Shown here: positions 13,001-26,125 of the stretch, in pieces
Position numbering within the stretch: the first letter of the stretch is position 1
Layout of the letters: each line of letters opens with the position of its first letter
Assembly (NCBI RefSeq): GCF_018977255.1
Contig: NW_024704742.1
Coordinates: forward strand, 120,840,001-120,904,000
Reading direction: 5' to 3'
Origin: Callorhinchus milii
Taxonomy: Eukaryota
Length of the DNA stretch: 64,000 nt
The notes under the pieces: model-generated
What the model saw: the letters and a program-made list of their open reading frames with translations, nothing else
What the model was told of the DNA's origin: nothing
Databases searched by the model: none
Made by a program: the position numbers and the translations under genes

Positions 13001-13454
13001 GATCTTAACAACAATATAAAATACAACCTTTGTATCTAAAATACAACATTTTCCAATCGATCTAAATCTCTTGGCTGAATCTTGGCAACAGCTCCCCAGC
13101 TCCTTACTTGAGTCTCTGCTTACTGGTAAAAATATGCTGTTTTTCTTTGCTGAGGACTGAGGTGTTGAGGGTCTATTGATGAATGGAAAGTATTTTTCCC
13201 TATAATGTCCAGGAGCGGCATTGCTATAGTTAATAAATAATGGAGCTGGAAAAGGGTCATGTTTGGTGGCTCACCCCAGGAGGTGGCATCACTGCGCTAA
13301 TGAATACAAGTGGAGTGATTAATTGGGTAATAAAATTGTTTTTCACATCACTTCTAATGGTTAACTCTTTCACCCTTTTATACTGTGGTATGGATATTCA
13401 GGCACTGAGCACCTGACAACACCGGGCCAGAGCCGTTGTTAATCATGTATGAGA

Positions 13455-13720
13455 TGTGGCAGTGATTATTAATCGACAAGCTATCAACCAGGGATCATAG
13501 CCACGTCATATCTTGTCCTCACTTGAGGTCCATCTCAAAGCAGGACAGTGATCGATGCCGGGAAATGAGGCTGTAGTTTTCCTCCCTAATGTGGGATTTA
13601 CGGCGAATTGCACTGCCCTCAAACTCTTTCCCTCACCTTCTGCCTGAAGCCAGTTAGTTCAGGTCATTTTGTGGAACCAACTTGTGATTTTCCCAATCCG
13701 TATGACTCAGTTACTCTATT
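13455..13720 (-). mobile_element. Ancient SINE resembling AmnSINE2
   Basis: Minus strand has tagggaggaaaactacagcc...gatcactgtcc...gtgaggacaagatatgacgtggctatgat...gatagcttgtcga, colinear with the AmnSINE2 consensus as I recall it. Confidence 0.5.
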
Positions 13721-14944
13721 ATGTACCACGTGTAAACCATGCGTAAAAACAGTTGTGTTTTCCACCACGTACAAAATAAGTGTATAGAGATAATATAGAG
13801 ATAATAATATCTCTAATATAATTAACAAAGAAACTAGTTATTAAGACAATTAATAAACCCCTTTAGTCATCAATTACATAATTAAGAGCACCTGTGATTC
13901 CTTCTGTGTATATGTATTCACATCAAGCAATTTCTTGAATTGTGTAGCACTTTCACGTAGGTAAACATCTCAAAGTGCTTTACAGAGGTAGAATAGAATC
14001 TGTAAATAGAATCCGTTTACACATTGTTCACATATAGCGCACAATGGATCCCAATGAGAGATCCAGTGCAATTCCTCTACTTTCTGCTACTTTGTGGAAC
14101 AGGCTGCATAATGTTATTGCAGCAATTTAGCAACAACCATTTATTAAACGTCAATCAATCTTTAATACCCCAGGGTCCAAGAGTGACAAGGGCAAGAGGT
14201 AATTATTTCCCCTATAAATCCTTTCATGCGCCAGAGACTCTCTATCCTTGTGATGTTCTGCTTCCCCTATTCTTTTGTTTGGTGAACAGGAACCAACAAA
14301 ACAATGGTCTTAAATGAAAAATCTTTTGCTTATGTTTTCAATGATTGCAGCTTGCAAGTAGATTTTGTGCAAAACAATGTGCGAGCACTTTATTTCTTTT
14401 GATGGATCATGAGCTATAGCACAAAATTCCATAATTTTTTATGTGATGGGCACATCTTTCAGCAACCGGCTCATTTTTAAGCATTAATGCAGTTTAGTAC
14501 GTGAGTACGGCAATGGTTTACTCTGCCAGATTGTTCTCTCAAAGCAATAAATCTCATGGAAGACTTTGTTAATGCTGAGCTTTATAGTACACCGAAGCAC
14601 AGATGATCAATGAGATATGAGATGATCAATGCTTTATCTGAACACAGCAATTAACACTCCTAGTTTCAGGTCAATTAAACACAAAATACAAAAGGAAGAA
14701 TGACTTTTGCTTCAGTTATTTGTCATACATAGTTATTATAAGAACATTTCAAAGAGGACAACAGTTCAAAGGTAAACATTTTCTACAGAATAATCTGCGA
14801 TGCATAACATCATTTTTAATAAACATTTCCATCTTATCTAAAATGTTGATAGGAAGTCAGAAAGCAAGTCTATAGAGCACCTTTCAGACCAAATATATCC
14901 TGTTTTCAAAACTGCTCTAATACTGCCATGTTGGCCACTGGAAT

Positions 14945-15150
14945 TATAATAATAATAATAATCCTTGCATTTGATATAGCGCTTTTCACGTCGGGAGGAC
15001 TTCCCAAAGTGCTTCACAGAACACACTGTAAAGTGAATTGACTGTATATTTGTGGGCGAACACGGCAGCCAATTGCGCATGGCAATGTCCCACAAACAGT
15101 CGTAGATTGAAAATGACCAATTTAATTATTGTTTTTGTTTTTTTGGAATG
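14945..15150 (-). mobile_element. SINE 3' portion
   Basis: Near-identical to the body and tail of the 7693-8008 SINE. Confidence 0.9.
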
Positions 15151-16382
15151 GATACGCAATGCAGTTCAAACATGTGCAGAGGATGTTCCAGTCTGTTTTA
15201 GCTTAAGCCAACAGGCTTGCTGCTCCTCCGAGCATACTGGTCAAGTGTACAACAACTTGTATTTATTGAGTGCCCTTCATATACGATAATGTCTCGGAGC
15301 ACTTTACAAACTCATGTTAGGATGCCAAGTGATGAGGACGGGGCAAAGGGGAGGTAGTGATCGACATGGTGAAAGATGTGGTTTTAACATTTTAACACAA
15401 TACACATCAATGTCAACATTGCACATTCCTGCGAAACATACAAGGATTCCACCGAGGTCAAGATGAAAGACAATTGAACAACACGGGGCAGGGTAAGAAA
15501 TTGCCCTAAAACTTATGGCAGCAGACCTAGTTTAACACATTTATAAATGTTAATTTCTTGCAACCAACTTTACAGTATCTCTTTAATCATGGGAAACAAA
15601 TACTCATGTTCAAATTTGTTTTAAGAAAAAGCTGGGGCTTTTCTGAAAGACAATAGTATAAATTGTTGTATAGTAAAATCTTACTCTTTCATTTAACATC
15701 CTCACCAGTGATCTAAATGTTTCTCAATGATTTTTTAAAAAGAACGCTTAAATAATTACAAAAATACAAATTTGGAAACATTCAAAAAAGTATTATAAAA
15801 CCTGTCACTGAAATCACATTTCAAACATGCCACAAGGAGGAATGACTTATGTAAAATAGACATGTGACTTAGATATTCATTGCCATGTGAATTTTTCCTA
15901 CTTTAATTAAAGTTTTTACTTATTTTACCAAGTATATTTCCACAAAAAGTGAGCACAAACTGAACTGGTACAATTTCTCTTAATATTCCAAGTGAAGAAG
16001 ACGCTAGGTAGACGACTAACAGTAATTAGTATCCTTTGGAAGTTTGTTGCTTAAAATTATTAACCAATTTGGAGTAAGATTACAGTCCAACACCGCATAC
16101 CAATGAGAGAATATGGCATTTGATTTGATTGATTAAAATTGAAGCATATTAACTGAGTGCAGCATCAATCTTGTGTGAATAATAACAATGCAATTTGTGG
16201 GTACACATACTTTTTTAAATTTGTGCTGAAATAAGCAGCTTAAAAGCCGTTTTTTGCTTTGGTGCTTACCTCAGATCGAATCAAGCAAACCACTATCATA
16301 GGCAACACTTGAATTGGACTGTCTATTTCAACTGTAACTGCTTTTTTTCAGATAATGGTAGGCCTTCACAGATTTTTCGAAA

Positions 16383-17110
16383 CAATACAATAACCATACA
16401 TTTGAATAGCGCCTTTCATGTCGGGAAGAGGTCCCAAGGCGCTGGACAGTCAGGGATTTGGATCCGAGCTGGGGGTCAGGATCAGGGAGGGTGGAGGGTA
16501 GGGAGGGTGGCCGAAGGATCGGTCGAAGAGGAGGGTTTTGAGATACGCCTTGAAGGAAGCAAGGGAGGGAGCGAGGCGAAAGGACTGTGGAATGGAGTTC
16601 CATAGGGTGGGTGCAGAAAAGCTGAAGGCCCGGCCGTGGAGGGCCGGGCGGGGAACGTAGCATGGGCCAGAGCCTGCTGAGCAGTGGTAGCACACAGGCT
16701 GATATGGGATCAACAGATCGCAGAGGTTGGGAGGGGCAAGGCCATGGAGGTCCTTGAAGGCGAGGCTGAGGATTTGTAACTCAATCCTCTGAGGGATGGG
16801 GAGCCAGTGTAGCCGGGCGAGGGTGGGGGTGATTGGGGCACGGAGCCTGGTGCGGGAGAGGACATGAGTTACAGAGTTCTGGATGATCTGCAGTTTGTAG
16901 AGGGAAGAATTGTGAAGGCTGGCAAGCAGGGAGTTGGCGTAGTCAAGCCTAGATGCGATGAATGCATGGATCAGGGTTTTGGCGGCCTGAGGGGTTAGGC
17001 AGTGGCGCAGCTGGGCGATGTTGCGGAGGTGTGGGAAAACAGAGCGGGTCATGGCACAAATGTGGGGTAGAAAGGACATTTGAGAGTTAAATAAGACACC
17101 AAGGTTCCAG
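16383..17110 (-). mobile_element. L2 LINE 3' portion
   Basis: The ORF at 16450-17178 contains NLGVLFNSQMSF...RLDYANSLL...[10 protein letters not shown]...LKTLLFDRSF. Confidence 0.93.
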
Positions 17111-17250
17111 ATGATATATTTATAATAATAATCCTTGCATTTGATATTGCGCCTTTTCACCTCGTTGAGACATCTCAAAGTGTTTCACAGAATTTACTGT
17201 AAAATGAATTGACTATATTTTTGTGGGCAAATATACAATTCATATATATT

Positions 17251-18232
17251 ACAACAACAACAAAATTACATTTATAGAACGCCTTTCATTTCAGGAGGAC
17301 GTCCCAAAGCGCTGAAGTCAGGTGTTGGGGCCCGAGCATGGGGGAGGGGTGGTGTAGGGATGGGGGAAGGCAGAGAGGTGGGAGGGAGACCAAAGGCACA
17401 GTCGAAGAGAAGGGTCTTGAGACTGGCCTTGAAGGATGCAAGGAAGGAAGCGAGGAGAAGGGACTGTGGAATAGAATTCCAGAGTGTGGGGGCAGAGAGG
17501 TTGAAAGCCCGGCCACTGATGGTAGGGCGGGTCAGGAGCGAGACATGGAGCAGGCCGGAGCCCGATGAGCGGAGGGAGTGGGCAGGTTGGTAGGGAATCA
17601 GCAGGTCAGAGAGGTAGGATGGGGCAACATAACATGACATGTAGGAGCAGGAGTAGGCCATTCAGCTCTTCGAGCCTGCCCCGCCATTCAATCGTGGCTC
17701 ATCTTGGAGTCCTGTAGCTCAGTGGTTAGAGCACTCGCTTTGCAAGTGAGAGACCTGAGTTCAATTCCAGGCAGGTCAGGGCGAAACCTGAGCAAGTTTC
17801 CTTACTCCACACACAGCCTAATAATAATCCCTCCAAAACCAAAAACAATAATAAATTGGTCATTTTCAATCCACGACTGTCTGTGGGACATTGCTGTGCG
17901 CAATTGGCTGCCGCGTTCGCCCACAAATATACAGTCAATTCACTTTACAGTGTGTTCTGTGAAGCGCTTTGGGACGTCCTCCCGACGTGAAAAGCGCTAT
18001 ATCAAATGCAAGGATTATTATTATTATTATCTTCTAATCTAACTCCAGCTAATAACCTAATGCAACGCCATGGATGGCCTTAAAGGTGAGGACGAGGATC
18101 TTGAACTCAATCCTCTGGGGGATGGGGAGCCAGTGGAGTCGGGTGAGGGTGTGAGTGATGGGGTCACGGAGCCTGGTGTGTGAGAGTACACGAGCTGCAG
18201 AGTTTTGGATGATCTGCAGCTTGTGAAGGGAA
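17251..18232 (-). mobile_element. L2 LINE 3' portion split by a CR1 tail and a SINE
   Basis: L2 sequence stops at ggggcaac (17628) and resumes at gcaacgccatgg (18062). Confidence 0.85.
17706..18030 (+). mobile_element. Full-length tRNA-derived SINE (short subfamily)
   Basis: Intact A and B boxes and tail; flanked by an atctt duplication at 17701-17705 and 18029-18033. Confidence 0.95.
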
Positions 18233-19516
18233 GATTAAGGTATATATTGCAGTCGAGCTAATAAGATCAATCTCATTTTTTTTAAATCTGGAAGATAAGT
18301 GTTCAACATTCACTTCATGTCTACATTGCTTGTGTAAATTGACTGCTGCATTACCAACAAACATTTGGTGCATTTTACAATAAAATCCTGTGAAGCTTTT
18401 TGAGATGTTTCAATGATCCGATAAAGCACTATATCAAATGTAAGGATTATAATTATTATTACTGCCAACGTAATTCACAAGCTGAAAACTCTGCCTTGTC
18501 ATCTTAAACTGACAAGTGAACATCAGTGCTTCATTTCAATTATTTGCTCCTGCTCACAGTAACATGGTCTCCTGTTACACCATCATCTGGGCCCACAGCA
18601 TGTGTACCCACATGTAGCTGAGCACTCCTATAGAAGGTAGAAATTAACTACAGAAATTAGCGTGCTGAGAAACATATGTCATTTCAGGGTGACCTCCATT
18701 AATAATGCTAGAGCACAAGATCACTTATAACAAGCGTATCCTTTCGCAAGTGTTTCTGAAGGCTATGGTTGACCGGCTAGCTGTCTGCACGCTGCGCGCT
18801 GCACAGGAAGCCAGCCAGTCATGGCCAGAAACGAAAAGTTATGTCAGCAGTAATCGCTCTTTTTCATGGATCTATTATAACGCAGTGCCTAAATTAATGG
18901 ACCCAAAATGCCAAGTTATAATAGAGTTGCCTTCCTCTCATGCCAACTGCAAACCTTTCACATTGCAACAACCTGTATTTATATAACACCTTTCATGTGG
19001 GGTAGCATCTTGGAGCGTATGACTTCTTGTGCTGTCTCTAATCTTTGTTCATATTTATGCTTCTAATCCGCTTTTTGTCACTCCTCCCAACTAATGAAAC
19101 TTCACCATGTGAGCCTTTTACCCTGTTGCTATGGGTGCGAAAGGGAGATACAGTGAATTCTGCTGGACACCAAGGCTCTCTGCAGCTGGTCTATGACAAC
19201 GCAAGAGAATAAAATATTGTGATGAGTGGTTCGCTGCTCACGAAAATCCATTTCAAGAATAATACAATTATAATTTGGTATAGCACTACACAGGATTATA
19301 CTGTAAAGTGGAATGATTTTGCGTTTTGTCGGCGATCATGGCAGACAATTTTGCGCAGAGCAAATCCCCACAACCACACATGGAATCAATGATCAAATTT
19401 ATTTGGGGGCTCTCAGCCAGGACAACGGGAGAAATTCCCTTCCCTGAAGAATGCCTTGGATGCACAGGTATTAATGTTCCGCCCTGACAAGTAAAGATGC
19501 AATGCAGCACTTCTAT

Positions 19517-19790
19517 TCATAGAATCATAGAATATTACAGCATAGAGCGAGGCCATTCGGCCCATCGTGCCTGTGCCGGCTCTTTGGAAGAGCTATCCAA
19601 TCAGTAACACTCCCTTGCTCTTTCCCCATATCCTTGCAATTTTTTCCTCTTCAAGTACCTATCTAATTCCCTTTGAAAGTTGTTTCCACCATCCTTTCAG
19701 GTAGTGCATTCCAGACTGTAACAACTCTGTGCAAAAAAAAATATTTCTCTTGCTCTTTTGCCAATTATCTTGAATCTATGTTAAATCTAT
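19517..19790 (-). mobile_element. CR1-type 3' end
   Basis: catagaatcatagaat tail followed by ggccattcggcccatcgtg; related copies at about 57685-57860 and 12266. Confidence 0.7.
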
Positions 19791-20414
19791 ATTAAATTTA
19801 GGTTTCAATTAAATTAGGTTAAAACTAAAATTAGATGTAAATTGGACAGGTTAAGATTTGCTTTGCTTGCTGTCCTGCGGTTATTGGTAATTGTGTGAAA
19901 GCACAAAAACAGCTTTAATATCAAAATCTAACTTTATGCCATTTATTTTCAGAGAGTCAACATGCAAATATATTGAAATGAGGTTCCATGGACATTAAAG
20001 ATCTCATGAAATTATTTGAAAAGAGGCACTAGTTTCTCGAGGTGTCCTTGCTAACTATCCTCCAGATTAAATTGTCATTCACCTCATGGCTATTTGTGGG
20101 ACCTCGCTGGCCCAAATGGTCGATCAGTAAAACAATCACGACACAACATAAACTGCAGGGAACTATTTTGGAATTTTACTGGTTAGAAAGTAGGAAACAT
20201 TATACACCAAATTGGCCCCTCTTCAATTTTCTCCAATCCTCCCAGAATAAGTAGTTAGACAAGTGTACCAGTACAGTGAGGTTCCACAGATCATTTAACT
20301 GTAGTTGGAAATTGTTGCCGTGCTCAACACTATCCTCACACTCCCAGCCTGGAGGCAGATTTCATTAGAATGGAATTCCCACAGGTCAGCTAGATGCACA
20401 ATCCTTCGGTTGAG

Positions 20415-20685
20415 ATAATAAACCGATGTCTCATCTGCCTGTTTGGGTGGATGTTAAAGATCTCACAGCACTATTTGAAAAGGCAAGGGAGTTTCTCCTG
20501 GTGTCCTGGCCAACAGTCTCCCAAATAAAAAANTGATCATCCATTCCAATATCTGTTTGTGGGACACTGCTGCCACATTTTCCCATAATACACAAGTCAC
20601 TCCACTTTACAATATATTCTGTGACACATTTGGGACATCTTCCTGATGTGAAAGGTGATATTACCAAATACAAGGACTATCATTA
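20415..20685 (+). mobile_element. Deu-domain SINE
   Basis: taaaccga...ggtggatgttaaagatctcacagcactatttgaaa...gagtttctcctggtgtcctggccaa. Confidence 0.7.
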
Positions 20686-21086
20686 CAATCAATTACTGGA
20701 AGAATTAAAATATTTATGAATCTTTTGCACATCCTACTTAGAAATGAAAATGTTCAAACTCATTTTGCTTAGTACCCTTAAAGGCTATCTATCCGTAAAA
20801 TAAGGTTTTAATCCCAACCCCTACGTGTCCATTGTCGGAATCTAATAACTTATTTATGTTGAGGTGCAATTTCAAAACCCAAACTAAGCATTCAAATCAG
20901 TCTAGGTAGATATAATGCATTTATTCTGTTTTTACTGGTGGGAGCTCATCCAAATACACAAACTAATAAAGTATGTTAAATAGTAATTCTTCAAATAAAG
21001 TGTGTTAAATAATAATCCTTGCGTTTGATAAAGTGCCTTTCACTTCTGGAGAGCGTCTTAAAGTGTTTCACGGGATATACAGTATA

Positions 21087-21525
21087 CATTAGAATATATA
21101 GCACAGAAACAGGCCATTCGGCCCAATTGGTGTTTATGCCAGTATTTATGCTACACATGAGCCTCCTCCTACCCTTCCTCAACTAAGCCTTCAAGCATAG
21201 CCTTCTATTCCTTTCTCCCGCATGTACCTATCTAGTTTTCCCATATATACATCTATGCTATTTGCCTCAACTCATTGTGGTAGCATGTTCCACATTCCCA
21301 CTATTCTCTGTGTGAAGAAATTTCTTCTAACTTCCCTATTGATCTATTTGTGACTATTTTGTAATGATGGCTCCTGGTTTTGGTCTCTCCCACAAGTGAA
21401 AACATCTTCCTTAATGCCTACCTTATCAAAAGCTTTTATCATTTTAAAGACCTCTATCAGGTCACCTCTTACCCTCCTCTTTTCAAGAGAAAAGAGTCCA
21501 AGCATGTCCAAGCCTTTCCTGACGG
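21087..21525 (-). mobile_element. CR1 LINE 3' fragment inserted into an older SINE
   Basis: LGLFSLEKRRVRGDLIEVFKMIK motif; SINE tail to the left (about 21005-21086) and SINE body to the right (about 21526-21585). Confidence 0.85.
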
Positions 21526-23597
21526 TAATGTGTAAGTAACTATACATTTTGTAGACAAATGTGGCAGTCAATTTGCACAGAGCAGTTACAGGCAGGTGGG
21601 ACAGCTCCTCTGACAAAGCATCGCAGCACCACTTTGGACAGTCAGGTTAGACTTCCCGACTTGGAGGCTTTCAACTGAGCCGGGCTAACACATGGTTTGG
21701 GCATTCCATTCAAAGCGTGCATATTGTTATTATTACCATTATTATTATATTCAGAAACTTATTTTCCTACAATGCTATATATTAGGAGAGGAGGAACAGA
21801 ATTCGGTTCAGCATTCTGAACAAGCACCAACAGGAGTCTGTTATTGATCAGCAGTGCTGAGTTACAACTTGTAATTCTGGCGAATTCATAATTGGAGGTT
21901 GCACTTTAGCCATTTGTTGGACATTGTGCATTGACAGATGTAAGATAGAATTCATGTATCTTGTCCTGAGTATGTAAATAAACACAAACCTCAAAACAGC
22001 ATCTTGAACGGCACCATTTCAACTCCCCAATTTCGGACGGCCTGATCCTGTGGCCTCACTGAATGAGACCAAATCAGAGCTGAGTTAGTTTTGTGTCGGG
22101 GACTTGTGAGCACTTGAAATAGAACTGAAATTGTTCAAACTCGCTATGTACCCTTAAAAGATATCGAAAAGAGAAGATTTTAATCCCAAGTTTATGGAAT
22201 GATTTTGAACCTAATGTCCTGAAGGTAAAAGGGCAGCACTGGCACCATATTAAAAGAAACACAAATAAGGGCTGGCAGATTGAACCTGGTTTGCCCATTT
22301 CTGTTTGCGCAATGTCCTACAAAATAACAATTTACTGCAAATTCAGTAATGCTACAACTAGTCAATTCACTTGTCCTCTGGCTAAGTTCGGGTTTTCCTC
22401 TTGAAAATTTGGCTGAAGCAAACACTACTGTTTTTGAAAAATAAAAGGTAACATTTATGGAAAGAGGACATGTGGAAATGATCTAGATGGCGGAATGGAA
22501 GCGAATAAAAAAAATCAGTTTAAAAAGGCAACAAAAACTTCTTTTGATGATTTAGTTGACAAACTAAATCATCAAAGTTAGTGTATAATGCAAAACTACG
22601 GTACAGTCCCCGGAAGTCTAGTTTCAGTTTGTGTTGAGCTACGTTAGGTAAGACAGAACAATCTACTTTAGCATTTGTCCACCGGCAAGGAGGGAAATCA
22701 TCATAGTAACCACATTGACTTACTATTAGTGACTCTGATGGCAAGTATGCCTGTGTTTACATTAAGTGAGAGTAGAAATGAACTTGGTTTTGATGCTTGC
22801 CATGGAGATATTTACGACTAATCTCATTCATGAACAATAGTCACTTGGATGAGGTACTGAAGGGCAGCAGTAGTGGTCTATAGAATTGTAACCCGGCCGT
22901 ATCTTTAGGTTAAGGGGGGCAAGGAGAAAGGAAACAAATCTGAAATAACATAAAAACAATAACATTTTGATACTTTGACAATCGACTCTCACTGCTTGGA
23001 ATTCTTCACTTAAGCATTTCTTGTTCATGCTTTTAATGCTCAAAACACTAAATATAATCAATCCATTGTCACATACCCACAGCAGCAAATTCCAGCAGTT
23101 GAGCATCTTTGCTCCAACATAATATGCTTATGTTTTCTATTCTTGTTCAGATTCGTTGCTAAACAAAAGAGATCTAATGGGTTGCAGTAAAAAAAAATTG
23201 CCAACTATTTTTAACTTGCAGATTACAGAAATCCTGATCTAAGCATGATGTTTCTTGGCAAAGTACTCAGTGCTGGCGAGGATTTAGCAGCATTTTAGAT
23301 AATAATCACAGAACCTACAATTTAGTAGCAAGTTGCTTAAAATTCCAATGTGTAACGGAGAATTATTCATACATAATGAACATTTCCCACTGCATTTACA
23401 TTTCTACTATTGAGCGCAGGCTGGCCAGTACTTACCAGGATTACACTAATTCTGCTTTTTAACTGTTTGTTAGGAAACATGTATTGAGTCATCCTCTGAT
23501 TCCTTTTCCTTCCCTAGGGGGCAGCACTGCTTTCTGCTCTGTGTCTGCTCAAGACTTATTAAAACTTGCAACTCGCTATTAGCACAATAATAATACT

Positions 23598-24012
23598 AAT
23601 AATAATTCTTATATTTGATATAACACCTTATATGTTGGGAAGACATCTCAAAGGGCCTCACAGGATATCCTGTAAAGTGTAGTGGCTGCACCTTGTAGGC
23701 CAATGAGGCAGCATATTTGCACACAACAATGTTCCACAAACAGCTGTGCAGTGAATAACCAATTTTATTTAGGGGATTCCTGCTAGGACACGAGGAAAAA
23801 ATTCCGTATCATTTCAAGTAGCATCATGGAATTACCTAAACAGGCAGATAGGACGTGTTTAATGTCTCACCTGAAGAACGGCACATGTAACAATGCAGCA
23901 CAATCAAGGCATGGTATTGAATGTCAGCCCAGACTACACGAGTTAACGTACCAATGTGGGATTTGAATTCTGACTCACAAGCGGGAGTGCTACCAAATGA
24001 ACCAGATTGTCA
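23598..24012 (-). mobile_element. Deu-domain SINE, degenerate and near full length
   Basis: Reverse-complement Deu motifs (caggcagataggac...tttaatgtctcacctgaag) and a tRNA-like head near 23970-24010. Confidence 0.65.
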
Positions 24013-24549
24013 CACAATTACTAATGTGCATACTAGTACTCAGCTGATCATATATAAGTGCACTTACTGTACTATCAGAAAGCATATGTAGTGGACGTTT
24101 GTTTCATTTTGTACTTTTCCAATAATGTTCTTAGGAAAAGTTTCTTCTAACCTCTCCATAGACTCTTTCAGTGACAACAATCTTGAGTCGTACAGTGTTT
24201 CCATTCAGTCTGCATAATGTCTCTTTTTACATTTCACTTGAAACTTTTTGTATATCAGAATTTTCTGATGTTTCCTTAAGAGAATAATTCTTGCATTTGA
24301 CATATCAGCTTATCATGTCATCAGGAACCCTCAAAGCACTTCACAGGATTTACTGTGAAGTGTAGTATTTGTGTACTTCATGGCCAACAAGATCACAATG
24401 ATCTTCTTTCTACAACAACAACTTGCATTTATATAGTGCCCTTCACTCAGGATAGTGTCTCAGGCTTCAGGTGTCTCACTGCAGCCACAGCTTGCTTTAG
24501 ATTCACAACCTCAACTCAAGAGTTGTACTGCCATTTCTGATTAAATGTG

Positions 24550-24855
24550 AGCCTGGCTCAGGTGGTAGTACTCTTGCCTTAGTCAAAAGATTGTGGATTC
24601 AAGCCATCAGGATGTTGAACTCAAAGTCTATACTGACACTCTAATACAGTGTTGGGGTGCAATGCATTGTCAGAAATGCTGCACTTCAGATGAGACAGTA
24701 AATCGAGGTCCCATCTGACTATTCAGGTGGACATGAAAGATCCTATGGCCCTATTCAGAAAGAAAGGGAGTTTCTCCTGGTATCAGTAAATCCTATAAAG
24801 TACCTTGAGACGTGATGTGAAAGGGGTTATATCAAATCCAAGTGTTATTATTGTT
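24550..24855 (+). mobile_element. Deu-domain SINE
   Basis: tggctcaggtggtagtactcttgcct head; gatgagacagtaaatcgaggtcccatctg...caggtggacatgaaagatcc. Confidence 0.75.
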
Positions 24856-24900
24856 AATGCACTAAAAATTGTGTCTGCACAACCTTGTTAATGCACTAAA

Positions 24901-26125
24901 CCTTGAGTGGTTTAGGTCGTACCTCTCCCACCGTCTTCACTTTGTTTGTACGAACGGCTTTTCCTCCGGTCCCCGCACTGTCTCGTGCGGTGTCCCTCAG
25001 GGCTCTGTCCTCGGTCCCCTCCTCTTCACCCTCTATATGCTCCCCCTCGGTGACATCATCCGCAGACATGGGGTTAACTTCCACATGTATGCGGATGACA
25101 CCCAACTCTACCTTTCCTCCTCTACCCTCAACTCCACGACCACCGATGTCCTGACAGCTGCCTGTCTGACATTGAGTCCTGGACGAGAGACAACTTTCTT
25201 CAGCTCAACGTGCGTAAAACTGAGGCCCTCCTGATTGGCTCATGTCAGCGCCTCCGCACCTCTGGCGCTGACAGCATCAGCATCCAAGGCTGCACTCTCC
25301 ACCTCTCAAAGCCAGTCAGGAACCTCGGCGTTCTGTTCGACCCTGAGCTGTCCTTTCTCCCTCATACCCGCGCCACAACTGGCACCGCCTTCCATCCCTC
25401 CGGAACATCGCCAGACTACGGCACTACCTCACCCCTCACGCTGCTGAAACACTGGTCCACGCCTTTATCACCTCAAGGCTGGACTATGGGAACTCTCTCC
25501 TCGCCGGCCTTCCCGGCACCTCCCTCCACAAGCTGCAGGTCATTCAGAACTCTGCAGCTCGTGTACTGTCCCGCACCAGGCTTCGGGACCACATCACTCC
25601 CACCCTCGCTCGCCTCCACTGGCTCCCCATCCCCCAGAGGATCGAATTCAAGATCCTCATCCTCACCTACAAGGCCATTCACGGCCTCGCTCCCTCCTAC
25701 CTCTCCAACCTACTATCCCCTACCTACCTGCCCGTACCCTCCGTTCCTCTGGCTCCGGTCTGCTCCACACCCCCGCCCCAACCGCCCTACCATCGGTGGC
25801 CGGGCCTTCAGCCTCTCAGCCTCTAGGCTCTGGAACTCTATCCCCCAGTGCCTTCGCCGCCTCCTCCCTTTCCTCCTTCAAGGCCGGTCTCAAAACCTTT
25901 CTCTTTGACGGTGCCTTCAGCTCCCCTCTCGACTCTCTACCCCCTCCTCACTCACTCCCTTCCCTCCCCTCACCCTGACCATTTCCCCCCTCCTCGCTCC
26001 CTCCTTCCCTCCCCTCACCCTGACCATTTCCCCCCTGCTCGGGTCCTGACCCAACTGTACAGCGCCTTGGGACGTCCTCCTGACGTGAAAGGCGCTCTAT
26101 AAATGGAATCTTGTTGTTGTTGTTG
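24901..26125 (+). mobile_element. L2 LINE, 5'-truncated, RT domain to 3' tail
   Basis: [41 protein letters not shown]; tail hairpin and (TTG)n. Confidence 0.96.

Noticed and set aside
16271..16332. Minus-strand exon candidate ending GAG|gtaagc
   Set aside because: Purine-rich, weak acceptor; the phase-0 frame hits a stop immediately; no recognisable homology.
17706..17785. tRNA-Ala(TGC) gene
   Set aside because: It is a SINE head: it continues into the SINE body and tail, lacks a proper acceptor stem, and recurs at least nine times.
22074..23106. Cluster of 74-92 aa minus-strand ORFs in unique sequence
   Set aside because: No consistent splice-site pairs, no recognisable domain, and lengths within chance expectation.
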